A stretch of DNA of 64,000 nt, taken from Candidatus Eiseniibacteriota bacterium (lineage in GTDB: Bacteria; Eisenbacteria; RBG-16-71-46; CAZAMP01). The stretch is taken from positions 1,248,001-1,312,000 of the forward strand of contig OZ245046.1 in the NCBI GenBank assembly GCA_965224245.1, in the 5' to 3' direction. The notes beneath the pieces are model-generated. The model was not told the origin of the DNA. It worked only from the letters and a program-made list of their open reading frames with translations, and did not search any database. Numbering within the stretch: the first letter of the stretch is position 1; each line of letters begins with the position of its first letter. The position numbers were made by a program, and so were the translations under genes. Positions 9,020-18,363 of this stretch are shown in pieces.

Positions 9020-10105
9020 ATGGCCGAGCGAATTCACAACTTCAATGCCGGGCCTTCCACGCTACCGCTGCCGGTGCTCGAGACCGTCCAGCGCGATCTC
9101 CTCGACTACGACGGCACGGGCATGTCGGTCATGGAGATCTCGCACCGATCCAAGCCGTACGAGGCGATCAACGCCAACGCGGAGGCGCGGGCCAGGGAGC
9201 TTCTGGGGCTGGACGACCGGTTCAGCGTGGTCTTCGTCGGAGGGGGCGCGTCGACGCAGTTCGCGCTCGTGCCGATGAACTTCCTGGGCGACGGGGCGAC
9301 CGGCGCGTACGTGGACACCGGATCCTGGTCGTCCAAGGCGATCAAGGAGGCGCATCGCTTCGGAGAGGCCGCCGTGATCGCGTCGTCCAAGGACGACGCC
9401 TACTCGTTCATCCCCGCGTTCGGTCCCTCGGACGTGCCCGACGGGGCCGCGTATGTGCATCTCACGTCGAACAACACGATCTACGGAACCCAGTACCAGT
9501 CGTTTCCCGACGTGGGGGACGTGCCGCTGGTGTGCGACATGTCCTCGGACATCTGCTCACGCCGCCACGATTTCTCGAGGTTCTCGCTGATCTACGCGGG
9601 TGCTCAGAAGAACCTCGGCCCGGCCGGCGTGACGATGGTCGTGATCCGGGACGACTTCCTCGCCCGAGCGAAGGGCGACCTGCCCACGATGTTCAGGTAT
9701 CAGACGCACGTCGACGCCCACTCGCTCTACAACACGCCGCCGGCCTTCGCCGTCTACGTGACGTCGCTGGTCATGGACTGGATCGTGGCCGAGGGCGGCC
9801 TAGATGCCATCGAGAAGCGGAACCGCGCGAAGAAGAACGCCATATACGGGGTAGTGGACGAGCACGCGGACTTCTACCGGGGCACCGTCCGCGCGGACAG
9901 CCGGAGCTGGATGAACCTGACTTTCCGGCTGCCCAGCGAGGATCTCGAGAAGACCTTCATCGCCGAGGCCGCGAGCCGGGGGATGGGCGGGCTGAAAGGG
10001 CACCGGAGCGTCGGAGGCGTGCGTGTCTCACTGTACAATGCCATGACCGAGATCGGTGTGGAGACGCTGGTCCAGTTCATGCGGGACTTCCGGTCCCAGC
10101 ACTGA
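9020..10105 (+). CDS. serC: Phosphoserine aminotransferase
   Basis: NFNAGPS, MEISHRS, GGASTQF, DMSSD, YAGAQKNLGPAG (PLP lysine), LYNTPP, GHRSVGG.R.SLYNA. Confidence 0.97.
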   Translation: MAERIHNFNAGPSTLPLPVLETVQRDLLDYDGTGMSVMEISHRSKPYEAINANAEARARELLGLDDRFSVVFVGGGASTQFALVPMNFLGDGATGAYVDTGSWSSKAIKEAHRFGEAAVIASSKDDAYSFIPAFGPSDVPDGAAYVHLTSNNTIYGTQYQSFPDVGDVPLVCDMSSDICSRRHDFSRFSLIYAGAQKNLGPAGVTMVVIRDDFLARAKGDLPTMFRYQTHVDAHSLYNTPPAFAVYVTSLVMDWIVAEGGLDAIEKRNRAKKNAIYGVVDEHADFYRGTVRADSRSWMNLTFRLPSEDLEKTFIAEAASRGMGGLKGHRSVGGVRVSLYNAMTEIGVETLVQFMRDFRSQH

Positions 10106-10136
10106 GTCGATCGACGAGGCCGTGGGGAGTGTTCGT

Positions 10137-11687
10137 GTGAGCCTCTTGAGGTTGTTCGACGCAAACTACCATCGCCGTGCCCTGAGAACGACGCTACGTT
10201 CGCGCCTCGGGGCCCGGATCGACGACCTCCCTCACTCGTTCGACACCACCGGACTTCTCGAGGTGGCCGCGACGGAGACCCGGCGTGACGGCGCGCGGCG
10301 TTCGGACACGCTCGACCTGATCGAGCGGACGGGCATCGTCATGGGCCTCGCCGATCGGGATCGGGACGCGCTGACGATGTTCGAGCGCGGTCTCGTCTCC
10401 TCGGACGGCCCGGCGCGTCAGGCTCGATTCCGGTACCTGCTGGCGGTCCAGCACCACCATCGGCGGGGCCACGTCCGCCTGGCTCTGGACGAGCTGATGC
10501 GTGCGAGTGATCTGGCGGGAGGCCACCGTCCGCTTCGCGGGGAGATTCTCCTGGCACTGGTCAGAGCGGCCCGAGAGCTCGGTGATCACGGCCGCGCCGA
10601 GTGGGCGCTCGCCGACCTTCGCCAGCGTCCGATCAAGCGGCTCGTACCGCACGTGCACCTCGCGGCGGCGTCACTCCGTATGGCCCAGGCGCGCGGTGGA
10701 GACGCCAGACGAGAGGCATCGCGGGCCGAGCGCGAGTTCGCGGCGCGCGGCGAAGACCTCGGCGTCCTCACCGCCCGCGCCAGCCAGGCAACCATCCTGC
10801 TGGCGGAGGGGCGGGACGCCGATGCCCGCCGGGTGATCGAGGCCGTCATCGCCGAACGCGAGCGATCGTACGATCTGACCCGGCTGCCCAAGAGCTACAA
10901 CAACCTCGCGGTCGCGTGCCGTCGTCTCGGGGATCCCGAGTCCGCGATCGAGGCGCTGGCCAAGGCGATCCGCACGAATCAGGCCCTCGGACGCTCACGC
11001 CTCCTGTCTGCCAACTATCACAACCTCGGGCGTGCGATGGCCGATGCCGGGGATGCCGAGGCGGCCCTTCGCGCGCTGGGCAAGGCCATGTCGCTCGCGA
11101 AGGAGACCCGAGCCGCGGAGCGGGAGTTCGACGCCATCATCGATGCGCTCGACATTCTGGAACGGCTGGGAGGGGAGGAGGGCAACGGGGCCCGGCTGCG
11201 GACTTCCGACGGGGCCGGCGCGCGCGCCGAGCTCGTGGCCCGGGGGCGGGCGCTCGTGGAGGAGGCGGGGCATCACCTGTCGAAGGACGGCCTCCTGGCG
11301 TTCGTTCGCGCCGCGCTGCCGGCGGTTCCCCTGCCCGATGAGCACCCGATGGGGGTGTCGGCGTTCGACGCGCTCGGCGCCGGAGCGGCCGATCGTCTCG
11401 ACGCCGTCCTGACGCGAGTCCGCCCGGTGATCGGGCGCGACGACCTGGTCCGGCGGCTGTCCAGGACGTTTCGCTATCGCGGAGCACCGCGGTCCGAGGT
11501 GCTGGGTCGCTTCCTGTGGCTCTTCACCGGCGACTGGCTCCGCAACGTCGACTATGCGTCCGAGTTCGCGTTCACGCACGACGTCTCGAAACGACAGCTG
11601 CGCGCGCTGTGCCACGACGGCGTGCTGGAGATGCTCGGAACGCGCAAGACCGCACGGTACCGGCTGACGCTCGGTGCCGAGCGCTGA
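10137..11687 (+). CDS. TPR-repeat protein with a C-terminal winged-helix-like domain
   Basis: TPRs YNNLAVACRRLGDPESAIEALAKAI and YHNLGRAMADAGDAEAALRALGKAM; C-terminus LRNVDYASEFAFTHDVSKRQLRALCHDGVLEMLGTRKTARYRL resembles a wHTH. GTG start after GGGGAG; start uncertain. Confidence 0.7.
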   Translation: MSLLRLFDANYHRRALRTTLRSRLGARIDDLPHSFDTTGLLEVAATETRRDGARRSDTLDLIERTGIVMGLADRDRDALTMFERGLVSSDGPARQARFRYLLAVQHHHRRGHVRLALDELMRASDLAGGHRPLRGEILLALVRAARELGDHGRAEWALADLRQRPIKRLVPHVHLAAASLRMAQARGGDARREASRAEREFAARGEDLGVLTARASQATILLAEGRDADARRVIEAVIAERERSYDLTRLPKSYNNLAVACRRLGDPESAIEALAKAIRTNQALGRSRLLSANYHNLGRAMADAGDAEAALRALGKAMSLAKETRAAEREFDAIIDALDILERLGGEEGNGARLRTSDGAGARAELVARGRALVEEAGHHLSKDGLLAFVRAALPAVPLPDEHPMGVSAFDALGAGAADRLDAVLTRVRPVIGRDDLVRRLSRTFRYRGAPRSEVLGRFLWLFTGDWLRNVDYASEFAFTHDVSKRQLRALCHDGVLEMLGTRKTARYRLTLGAER

Positions 11688-11707
11688 CGGACGCCCGCCG
11701 CTCGCGA

Positions 11708-12043
11708 CTACTTGTCCTTCGGCTCGATCACGTCGCCGCAGCCGTTGTCGCCGTACATCACGCGCGCCGGGCCGTGGATGCGGACGGCGATCCCCGATCG
11801 CGTCTCCAGAGGGGCCATGGCGATCCACTCGCGACCGTCGTAGACGTCGACCTTCGCGTCGCACGAGATGCGACTGGCGGTCAGGCTGACCGTGACCGGC
11901 TCGTGCGTTCCCCGCTGGTAGAACCGGTGCACCGACCAGGGGCGCTCGATCGACTCCACTCGATCGATGTCGGGACACGCCGCCCCGACGGCGGTGGCGA
12001 ACGAGCAGACGGCGGCGAACGTCCACAGAAGCATGAGTCGCAT
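11708..12043 (-). CDS. Small secreted hypothetical protein (111 aa)
   Basis: ATG with GGAG RBS; signal-peptide-like MRLMLLWTFAAVCSFATAVGA; three Cys in the mature part. Confidence 0.65.
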   Translation of the reverse strand: MRLMLLWTFAAVCSFATAVGAACPDIDRVESIERPWSVHRFYQRGTHEPVTVSLTASRISCDAKVDVYDGREWIAMAPLETRSGIAVRIHGPARVMYGDNGCGDVIEPKDK

Positions 12044-12275
12044 CGGGTCGCTCCGTCGTGGCAGAAGAGGTCTTCGAATGTGCATCGAACCGGAGTGTAT
12101 CGACTTACACCGTTCGAACACAAGAGGCGTCGGGCTCCATTGCCGTCGGTGACCGATCTCGGCGCCGTTCGATCGTTCGGCCGGCCGCCATGGCTGGAAC
12201 CTCTCGGCTGTGGTAGCGTGCAACTCTCGACACCAGACCGTCACCCACGAGGATCAGACCGAGGAGACCGACCAC

Positions 12276-12497
12276 GTGCGGTTCTTGCTGGCCCTGTTGA
12301 TGTTTGCGCTGTTCTGGCCCCTCGTGAGAGGCCTCGGCCGCCTGCTCGGCGCCGGGGGATCCACCGGGTCGCGGTCGAAGCGGTCGGAGGCGGATCCCGA
12401 CGACGCGAGCGCGCCGAATCGGAGCCCGCGAACCCGACGGAACGACAGGAAGGCCCGCCCCGACGTCATCGACGTCACGTACGAGGACGTCCCCTGA
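12276..12497 (+). CDS. Small single-pass membrane protein
   Basis: GAGGAG RBS and GTG; hydrophobic N-terminus MRFLLALLMFALFWPLVRG; acidic C-terminal motif DVIDVTYEDV. Confidence 0.7.
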   Translation: MRFLLALLMFALFWPLVRGLGRLLGAGGSTGSRSKRSEADPDDASAPNRSPRTRRNDRKARPDVIDVTYEDVP

Positions 12498-12570
12498 TGC
12501 GTCGCCCCGGCCCGTCCCCGGCACGCCGACGGGGGGCCGTCGCCGTCTCCCGGGCATGCTCCCGGCAGGC

Positions 12571-12600
12571 TTGACCCCTCGATCCTGCCGGTGCTACGGT
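12571..12600 (+). promoter_or_regulatory. sigma70 promoter of the rib operon
   Basis: TTGACC-18 nt-TACGGT with TGn, immediately upstream of the FMN aptamer. Confidence 0.6.
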
Positions 12601-12615
12601 GCTTAGCTGTTCATA

Positions 12616-12747
12616 CTCCTTCGGGGCGGGGTGAAAGTCCCCACCGGCGGTCACAGCCCGCGACCCGCTCGCGCCATCAACAACGCGCCGGCGGCTGACA
12701 CGGTGAAACTCCGTGGCCGACAGTCACAGTCTGGATGGGAGAAGGAG
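12616..12747 (+). promoter_or_regulatory. FMN riboswitch (RFN element)
   Basis: CTCCTTCGGGGCGGGGTGAAAGTCCCCACCGGCGGT..AGCCCGCGA..GCTGA..CGGTGAAACTCCG.GGCCGACAGT.ACAGTCTGGATGGGAGAAGGAG; P1 CTCCTTC/GAAGGAG; upstream of ribD; downstream hairpin at 12795-12823 may be part of the expression platform. Confidence 0.97.
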
Positions 12748-12867
12748 CGATCACGGCCCCCCGCCGGGCTGGCGGGTGCCGTGCGTCGGATTCCGCCCCG
12801 GAGTTGATTTCAATTCGCGGGGCATTCTCATGTGTGCGCCGCGGCTTCCGACACCGGCGGACGCGAG

Positions 12868-14045
12868 ATGGCGGACCGACGCACGATCACTTCCCCCGAT
12901 CCCACGGACGCGGCGTACATGCGGCGCGCGCTCGAGCTGGCGAGGCGAGGGCTCGGACGGGTTCACCCCAACCCGATGGTCGGGGCCGTCGTGGTGCGCG
13001 ACGGCGTGATCGTCGGCGAGGGACACCACGCCGCCCGCGGACAGGCTCACGCCGAGCCGGTTGCGCTGAGGACGGCCGGCGAGGCCGCTCACGACGCGAC
13101 GCTCTACGTCACGCTCGAGCCGTGCAGTCACGTCGGACTGACGCCCCCGTGCGTCGAGGCCGTCATCGCGGCCGGGGTCACCCGGGTCGTCTGTGGCTCG
13201 ATCGACCCCGACCCGCGCGTATCCGGCCGAGGCGTCGAGCGCCTGCGGGCGGCCGGCGTGCGAGTCGACGTCGGCGTCCTGGAGACCGAGTGTCGGGCCC
13301 TGAACGAGCCGTTCTTCCACCACGCCGACACCGGTCGGCCGCTGGTGACGGTCAAGCTCGCCGGCACCCTCGACGGCAAGATCGCCGACCGCGACGGATC
13401 CTCCAGGTGGATCACGTCGCTCGACGCGCGGCGGCGCGTGCACGCGCTCCGGGCCGAGGTCGATGCCGTCGTCGTGGGCCGCGTGACCGCCGAGCAGGAT
13501 GATCCGGCCCTCACGGTGCGACACGTCGAGGGCCGCAGCCCCGCGAGAGTCGTGGTGGATACCCGTGGTCGCGTGTCGGCCGATCTCGCCGTCTTCACCG
13601 ACGGCGCGGCGGTGACGATCCACGCCACCGGGCCGGCTCCGGAGGCCCCGATCTCGCCGCACTGGGCCCTGCCGCTGGACGCACGCGGCCGGGTCAGCCT
13701 GCCCGCGCTCCTGGACCGGGTGTCATCGAGGGGTGGCGACACGTCCTGATCGAGGGCGGGGCCGCGCTGGTCGAGAGCGCCTTCGCCGAGGACCTCGTGG
13801 ATCGCCTGTGGCTGTTCACCGCGCCTCGGCTGCTCGGCGATCGGGACGCCGTGTCCTGGCACCCGATGCTGGGGGCGTCAACGCTCGAGAATGCACGGGC
13901 GTTTCGCTGTCGGAGGACCGAGACGGTCGGTCCGGACGTGCTGACGGTGCTGGAACGCGTGCGAGCGCCCCGGAGCGGGGCGGGAGCGAGCCCCGTGGGA
14001 ACCACCGAGCGGGGCGAGGAGTCGACGACGTGTTCACCGGCATAG
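12868..14045 (+). CDS. ribD: Bifunctional deaminase/reductase RibD, interrupted by a 1-nt frameshift near 13730-13733
   Basis: PNPMVGAV, HAE, TLEPCSH, TLDGKIA, SRWITS, DDPALTVR in frame 1, which stops at 13749; VLIEGG..VDRLWLFTAPRLLG..VGPDV continues in another frame to 14045. Confidence 0.92.
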
Positions 14046-14683
14046 TGGAGTCGATCGGGCGTATCGCCGGCCTTCGCGTGAGCGGCGACGGCGTGGACCT
14101 CGACATCGAGGCGCCAGACATCGCGCCGGCGCTCGTCGTCGGGCAGTCGGTCGCGACCGCCGGCGTGTGCCTGACGGTCACGCAGGCCGACCGCCGCACG
14201 TTCTCGGTCACCGCGGTTGCGGAGACGATGCGGCGGACCGTGCTCGGCGACCGGACGGTCGGTGATCGCGTGAACCTCGAGCGGAGCCTCCGGGCCGGCG
14301 ATCGGCTCGACGGTCATCTCGTGCAGGGGCACGTGGACGGCGTCGGCGTGGTCACGCGCGTGGTGCCGGCATCCCCGGGGCGCGAGCTCGTCGTCACGCA
14401 CGATGCCGAGCTGTCGCGGTTCATCGCGTTCAAGGGTTCGATCACGATCGACGGCGTGAGCCTGACGGTGGCCGCGCTCGAGGACGAGTCGTTTCGCGTC
14501 GCGCTCGTGCCGCACACGCTGGCGGTCACGACGCTGGGCGCATTGGAAGTGGGTGGTCGGGTCAATCTCGAAGTTGACGTGCTCGCCCGTTATCTCGAGA
14601 GGCTGATCTCGAAAACGAGGTGCTCTGTTGGAGAATCTGGTGACGCTCGACGAGGCCGCACAGAAGCGGCGGAACGGTACTGA
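14030..14683 (+). CDS. ribE: Riboflavin synthase
   Basis: N-terminus MFTGIVE, GVCLTV, VNLERSL, GHLVQGHVDG, KGSITIDGVSLTV, VNLEVD; GAGGAG RBS. Confidence 0.96.
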   Translation: MFTGIVESIGRIAGLRVSGDGVDLDIEAPDIAPALVVGQSVATAGVCLTVTQADRRTFSVTAVAETMRRTVLGDRTVGDRVNLERSLRAGDRLDGHLVQGHVDGVGVVTRVVPASPGRELVVTHDAELSRFIAFKGSITIDGVSLTVAALEDESFRVALVPHTLAVTTLGALEVGGRVNLEVDVLARYLERLISKTRCSVGESGDARRGRTEAAERY

Positions 14684-14684
14684 C

Positions 14685-15947
14685 ATGCTGGACTCCGAGA
14701 AGGACACCGATTTCATCTCGGTCGAGGAAGCCCTCGAGGAGATCCGTCAGGGCCGCGTCCTGATCGTCGTCGACGACGAGGATCGCGAGAACGAGGGGGA
14801 CATGATCTTCGCGGCGGAGAAGGTCACGCCCGAGGTCATCAACCTGCTCGCGACAGAGGCGCGCGGCCTCATCTGCGTGCCCATGGCACAGAGCCGCCTG
14901 CGCGAGCTCGAGCTCGGCCCGATGGTCACGTCCAACACCGCGATGATGCAGACGGGCTTCACGGTCTCGGTGGACTACATCCACGGGACGACGACCGGCA
15001 TCTCGGCCGAGGATCGCTACGCGACCGTGAAGGCGCTGGTGGACCCCAAGACGCGCCCGCAGGACCTGGCACGGCCGGGCCACGTGTTCCCGCTCATCGC
15101 ACGCGACGGCGGTGTGTTGCGTCGACCCGGACACACCGAGGCCGCGGTGGACCTCGCGCGGCTCGCCGGACTCAAGCCCGCGGGCGTGCTGTGCGAGGTC
15201 ATGACCGAGGACGGGGAGATGGCGCGCGGAGACGACCTCAAGCGCATCGCGAAGCGGCTCGGTCTGAAGATGTTCACCATCAACGACCTCATCACGTACC
15301 GGCTGCGCACCGAGACCCACGTCCGGCGCGAGCTGGAGACGCCGTTGCCGACCGCCCACGGCGAGTTCCGCCTCCACCTGTTCCAGAACTCGATCACCGG
15401 CGATCACTTCGTGGCGCTCACGGTGGGCGACGTCACCGGGGGCGAGCCGGTCCTCACGCGCATTCACTCGCAGTGTCTGACCGGCGACGTGTTCTCGTCG
15501 CTGCGCTGCGATTGCGGGCACCAGATGGACGTGTCCATGCGCCGGCTGCAGGAGGCCGGTCGGGGCGTTCTCGTGTATCTTCCCCAGGAGGGCCGGGGTG
15601 TCGGGCTCGCGAACAAGCTCCGGGCCTACCGGCTCCAGGACTCGGGCATGGACACCGTGGAGGCGAACCTCGAACTCGGGCTGGCGGCCGACGAGCGGGA
15701 GTACAGCATGGGCGCGCAGGTGTTGCGTGATCTCGGCGTCTCGGAGGTGAAGCTCCTGACCAACAACCCGGACAAGCAGCAGGGTCTGGAGCGCTGCGGA
15801 ATCCGGGTCGCCGAGCGACTCTCGCTCGAGATCGCGCCGAACGACGCCAACGTACGATACCTGGCCGCCAAGCGGGACAAACTCGGACACCTGTTGACGC
15901 TGGTCGCCGATCAGGCCAAGGCCGCGGCGGCGGAGGGACGATCCTGA
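14685..15947 (+). CDS. ribBA: Bifunctional DHBP synthase / GTP cyclohydrolase II
   Basis: VDDEDRENEGD, TTGISAEDR, RPGHVFPL, GHTEA, RIHSQCLTGD..S.RCDCG, QEGRG.GL.NK, LLTNNPDK. Confidence 0.97.
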   Translation: MLDSEKDTDFISVEEALEEIRQGRVLIVVDDEDRENEGDMIFAAEKVTPEVINLLATEARGLICVPMAQSRLRELELGPMVTSNTAMMQTGFTVSVDYIHGTTTGISAEDRYATVKALVDPKTRPQDLARPGHVFPLIARDGGVLRRPGHTEAAVDLARLAGLKPAGVLCEVMTEDGEMARGDDLKRIAKRLGLKMFTINDLITYRLRTETHVRRELETPLPTAHGEFRLHLFQNSITGDHFVALTVGDVTGGEPVLTRIHSQCLTGDVFSSLRCDCGHQMDVSMRRLQEAGRGVLVYLPQEGRGVGLANKLRAYRLQDSGMDTVEANLELGLAADEREYSMGAQVLRDLGVSEVKLLTNNPDKQQGLERCGIRVAERLSLEIAPNDANVRYLAAKRDKLGHLLTLVADQAKAAAAEGRS

Positions 15948-16432
15948 TGGTCAGGACGATCGAGGGCGCGCTCGACGCGTCCGGCAAGCGCTTTGCCATC
16001 GTGGCCGGGCGCTTCAACAGACCGCTCACCGAGCGACTGGTCGCGGGCGCCATCGAGTGCCTGGAGCGCCACGGCTGCGAGAGCGACGACGTCACCGTCT
16101 ACTGGGTTCCCGGGTCGTTCGAGCTGCCGCAGCTCGTCGACCGTCTCGCCGGCGACGGGCGCCTGGACGCGGTTCTCGCGCTGGGCGTACTGATCCGGGG
16201 CGAGACGCCGCACTTCGACTTCATCTCGCGCACGATCACCTCGGAGCTCTCGGCGGCCGCCATCCGGCACCGGACCCCGGTCGCCTACGGCGTGATCACC
16301 GCGGACACGATCCAGCAAGCCGACGTGCGCTCGGGGATCAAGACGGCCGGCAAGGGCTGGGAGGCGGCGCTCGCCGCGATCGAGATGTCCAGCCTCGTCC
16401 GGACGGCGGGCATGGATTCGAGCCGAACGTGA
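15947..16432 (+). CDS. ribH: 6,7-dimethyl-8-ribityllumazine synthase
   Basis: AIVAGRFN, VPGSFELP, LGVLIRGETPHFDFI, GVITAD, KGWEAA. Confidence 0.96.
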   Translation: MVRTIEGALDASGKRFAIVAGRFNRPLTERLVAGAIECLERHGCESDDVTVYWVPGSFELPQLVDRLAGDGRLDAVLALGVLIRGETPHFDFISRTITSELSAAAIRHRTPVAYGVITADTIQQADVRSGIKTAGKGWEAALAAIEMSSLVRTAGMDSSRT

Positions 16433-16866
16433 CGCCCCGTTCGGCGAGCCGTCGCCGCGGCCGCGAGGTCGTGCTTCGGATCCTGTATCAGTCGGAGCTG
16501 ACCGGCGATCCCCTTCCGGACGTCATCGAGCAGGCCCTCACCGAGCTGGATGTCGACGATCCGGGCCGGGCGTTCGTGCGTGCCCTCGCCGAGGCGGCCG
16601 CTGCCCGATGGGACGAGATCGATGCGATGCTGGAGGCCGTCTCCGACAACTGGCGGCTGGCGCGCATGGGGTCGGTCGATCGCAACGTGCTGCGCATGGC
16701 GGTCGCCGAGCTCCTCGTCTTCGACTCCACCGACGCGCGCGTGGTGCTGGACGAGGCCGTCTCGATCGCCGATCGTTTCGGCACCGACGACTCCGGTCGC
16801 TTCGTCAACGGTCTGCTCGATCGGGTCGCCCGCCGGATTCGAGCCGCCGAGTTCCAGGAGCGCTGA
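16429..16866 (+). CDS. nusB: Transcription antitermination factor NusB
   Basis: RRRGREVVLRILYQ, NWRLARMGSVDRNVLR, VLDEAV, SGRFVNGLLD; follows ribH. Confidence 0.95.
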   Translation: MTPRSASRRRGREVVLRILYQSELTGDPLPDVIEQALTELDVDDPGRAFVRALAEAAAARWDEIDAMLEAVSDNWRLARMGSVDRNVLRMAVAELLVFDSTDARVVLDEAVSIADRFGTDDSGRFVNGLLDRVARRIRAAEFQER

Positions 16867-17594
16867 TGCGAGTGGCCATGATCAGCGACATCCACGGCAA
16901 CCTGGATGCACTCGAGGCGGTTCTGTCGGACGTCACGGCCGTGGGCTGTGACGAGATCCGATGCCTCGGCGACATCGTCGGGTACGGAGCCGACCCCGAG
17001 CTGTGCGTCCGTCGCGTGCGGGACGTCGCGATCGCGAACCTCCTGGGCAATCACGACGCCGTGGCCGTGGGCGTGCACAGTGACGAGGCGTTCAACGAGC
17101 TCGCCCGCGAGGCCATCCAGTGGACCCGCGCCGCGCTGAGCCCGGCGTCGACCGCGTATCTCCGTCAGTCGCCGATGTACCAGGTGGTCGACGACCTCTT
17201 CTTCACCCACGCCAGCCCACTCGACACCGGCGGGGGCTGGCCGTACGTGTTCCCCGGACAGGACGTCAGCGACATCTTCGCCGGCACCGAGGCCCGCGTC
17301 ATGTTCATCGGACACACGCACGTGCCCGGCGTGGCCAACGACCAGTTCGCGACGCTGAGCCATCTCCTCGAAGGCAAGCTCGAGCTGGATCCCGAGCGAC
17401 GGTACCTGATCAACGTGGGAAGCGTGGGGCAGCCCCGCGATCGCGATCCGCGCGCCGCGTGGGGGCTGCTGGACGTGGGTGCGGGTACGTACGAGCAGCG
17501 TCGCGTCGAGTACGACATCCCGGCCGCGCAGCGGAAGATTCGCGACGGCGGCCTTCCCGATCTCCTCGCCGAACGGTTGTCGCGGGGAGTCTGA
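16866..17594 (+). CDS. Metallophosphoesterase (calcineurin-like)
   Basis: SDIHGN, LGDIVGYG, GNHD, HASP, GHTH, INVGSVGQPRD. Confidence 0.92.
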   Translation: MRVAMISDIHGNLDALEAVLSDVTAVGCDEIRCLGDIVGYGADPELCVRRVRDVAIANLLGNHDAVAVGVHSDEAFNELAREAIQWTRAALSPASTAYLRQSPMYQVVDDLFFTHASPLDTGGGWPYVFPGQDVSDIFAGTEARVMFIGHTHVPGVANDQFATLSHLLEGKLELDPERRYLINVGSVGQPRDRDPRAAWGLLDVGAGTYEQRRVEYDIPAAQRKIRDGGLPDLLAERLSRGV

Positions 17595-17595
17595 C

Positions 17596-18363
17596 GTGGC
17601 CGAGTCGACGCGTGAGCACTGGGATCGCTTCTGGATCGAGCACGAGGCGATCGACGACGTCTACTCCAACGAGGATCGTCTTCTCCGGGAGCTCCTGAAG
17701 ATGTCGCCCGAAGGTCGTCGGGTGCTCGAGGTGGGCGCGGGGTCGGGTCGCGACAGCCTGGAGCTGGCGCGCCGGAGCGCGCGGGTCATCCTGCTCGACT
17801 ATTCCCGTCCGTCGCTCCGGACCGTGCGACGACTGGCCGATCGGCTCGGCGTGGACGTGATGGTGGTGTGCGGTGACGGCACGAACCTGCCGTTCGCCGA
17901 CGACAGCATCGACATCGTGTTCCATCAAGGGTTGCTGGAGCACTTCCGCGATCCGATGTCGCTCCTCTCGGAGAACGCGCGCGTCGTGGCCCGCCGGGGA
18001 TACCTCCTCGTGGACGTCCCCCAGACCTTTCACGCGTATACCGTGCTCAAGAAGATCCTGATCGCGGTGGACCGGTGGTTCGCGGGGTGGGAGACCCAGT
18101 TCACGGTGGGTCAGCTCGAGGCGCTCACGCGGCGAGCGGGGCTCGACGTGGCCTGGTCATACGGGGACTGGATGGTACCCGGGCTCGGCTATCGGGGTGT
18201 GCGAGCGGTCCTGCGCAAGGTCGGATGGGTGCTTCCGAAGTACCCCAGGGGGATCTGGCCGTTCGATCGGCTGGCTGCGGCCGTCCGGGAGCGGTTGCGC
18301 GACACGCGCGTCGCGTTCTACACCTACGCCATGATCGGAACCGTGGGTCGGAAACGTGGCTGA
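17596..18363 (+). CDS. Class I SAM-dependent methyltransferase
   Basis: VLEVGAGSG, LDYS, GDGTNLPFADDSIDIV, GLLEH. Confidence 0.88.
   Translation: MAESTREHWDRFWIEHEAIDDVYSNEDRLLRELLKMSPEGRRVLEVGAGSGRDSLELARRSARVILLDYSRPSLRTVRRLADRLGVDVMVVCGDGTNLPFADDSIDIVFHQGLLEHFRDPMSLLSENARVVARRGYLLVDVPQTFHAYTVLKKILIAVDRWFAGWETQFTVGQLEALTRRAGLDVAWSYGDWMVPGLGYRGVRAVLRKVGWVLPKYPRGIWPFDRLAAAVRERLRDTRVAFYTYAMIGTVGRKRG

Noticed and set aside
12090-12146. Fluoride-riboswitch-like start (GGCAATGGAG) on the minus strand
   Set aside because: P1 is weak, the 3' TGATGAC..CTAC consensus is absent, and no fluoride-related gene follows.
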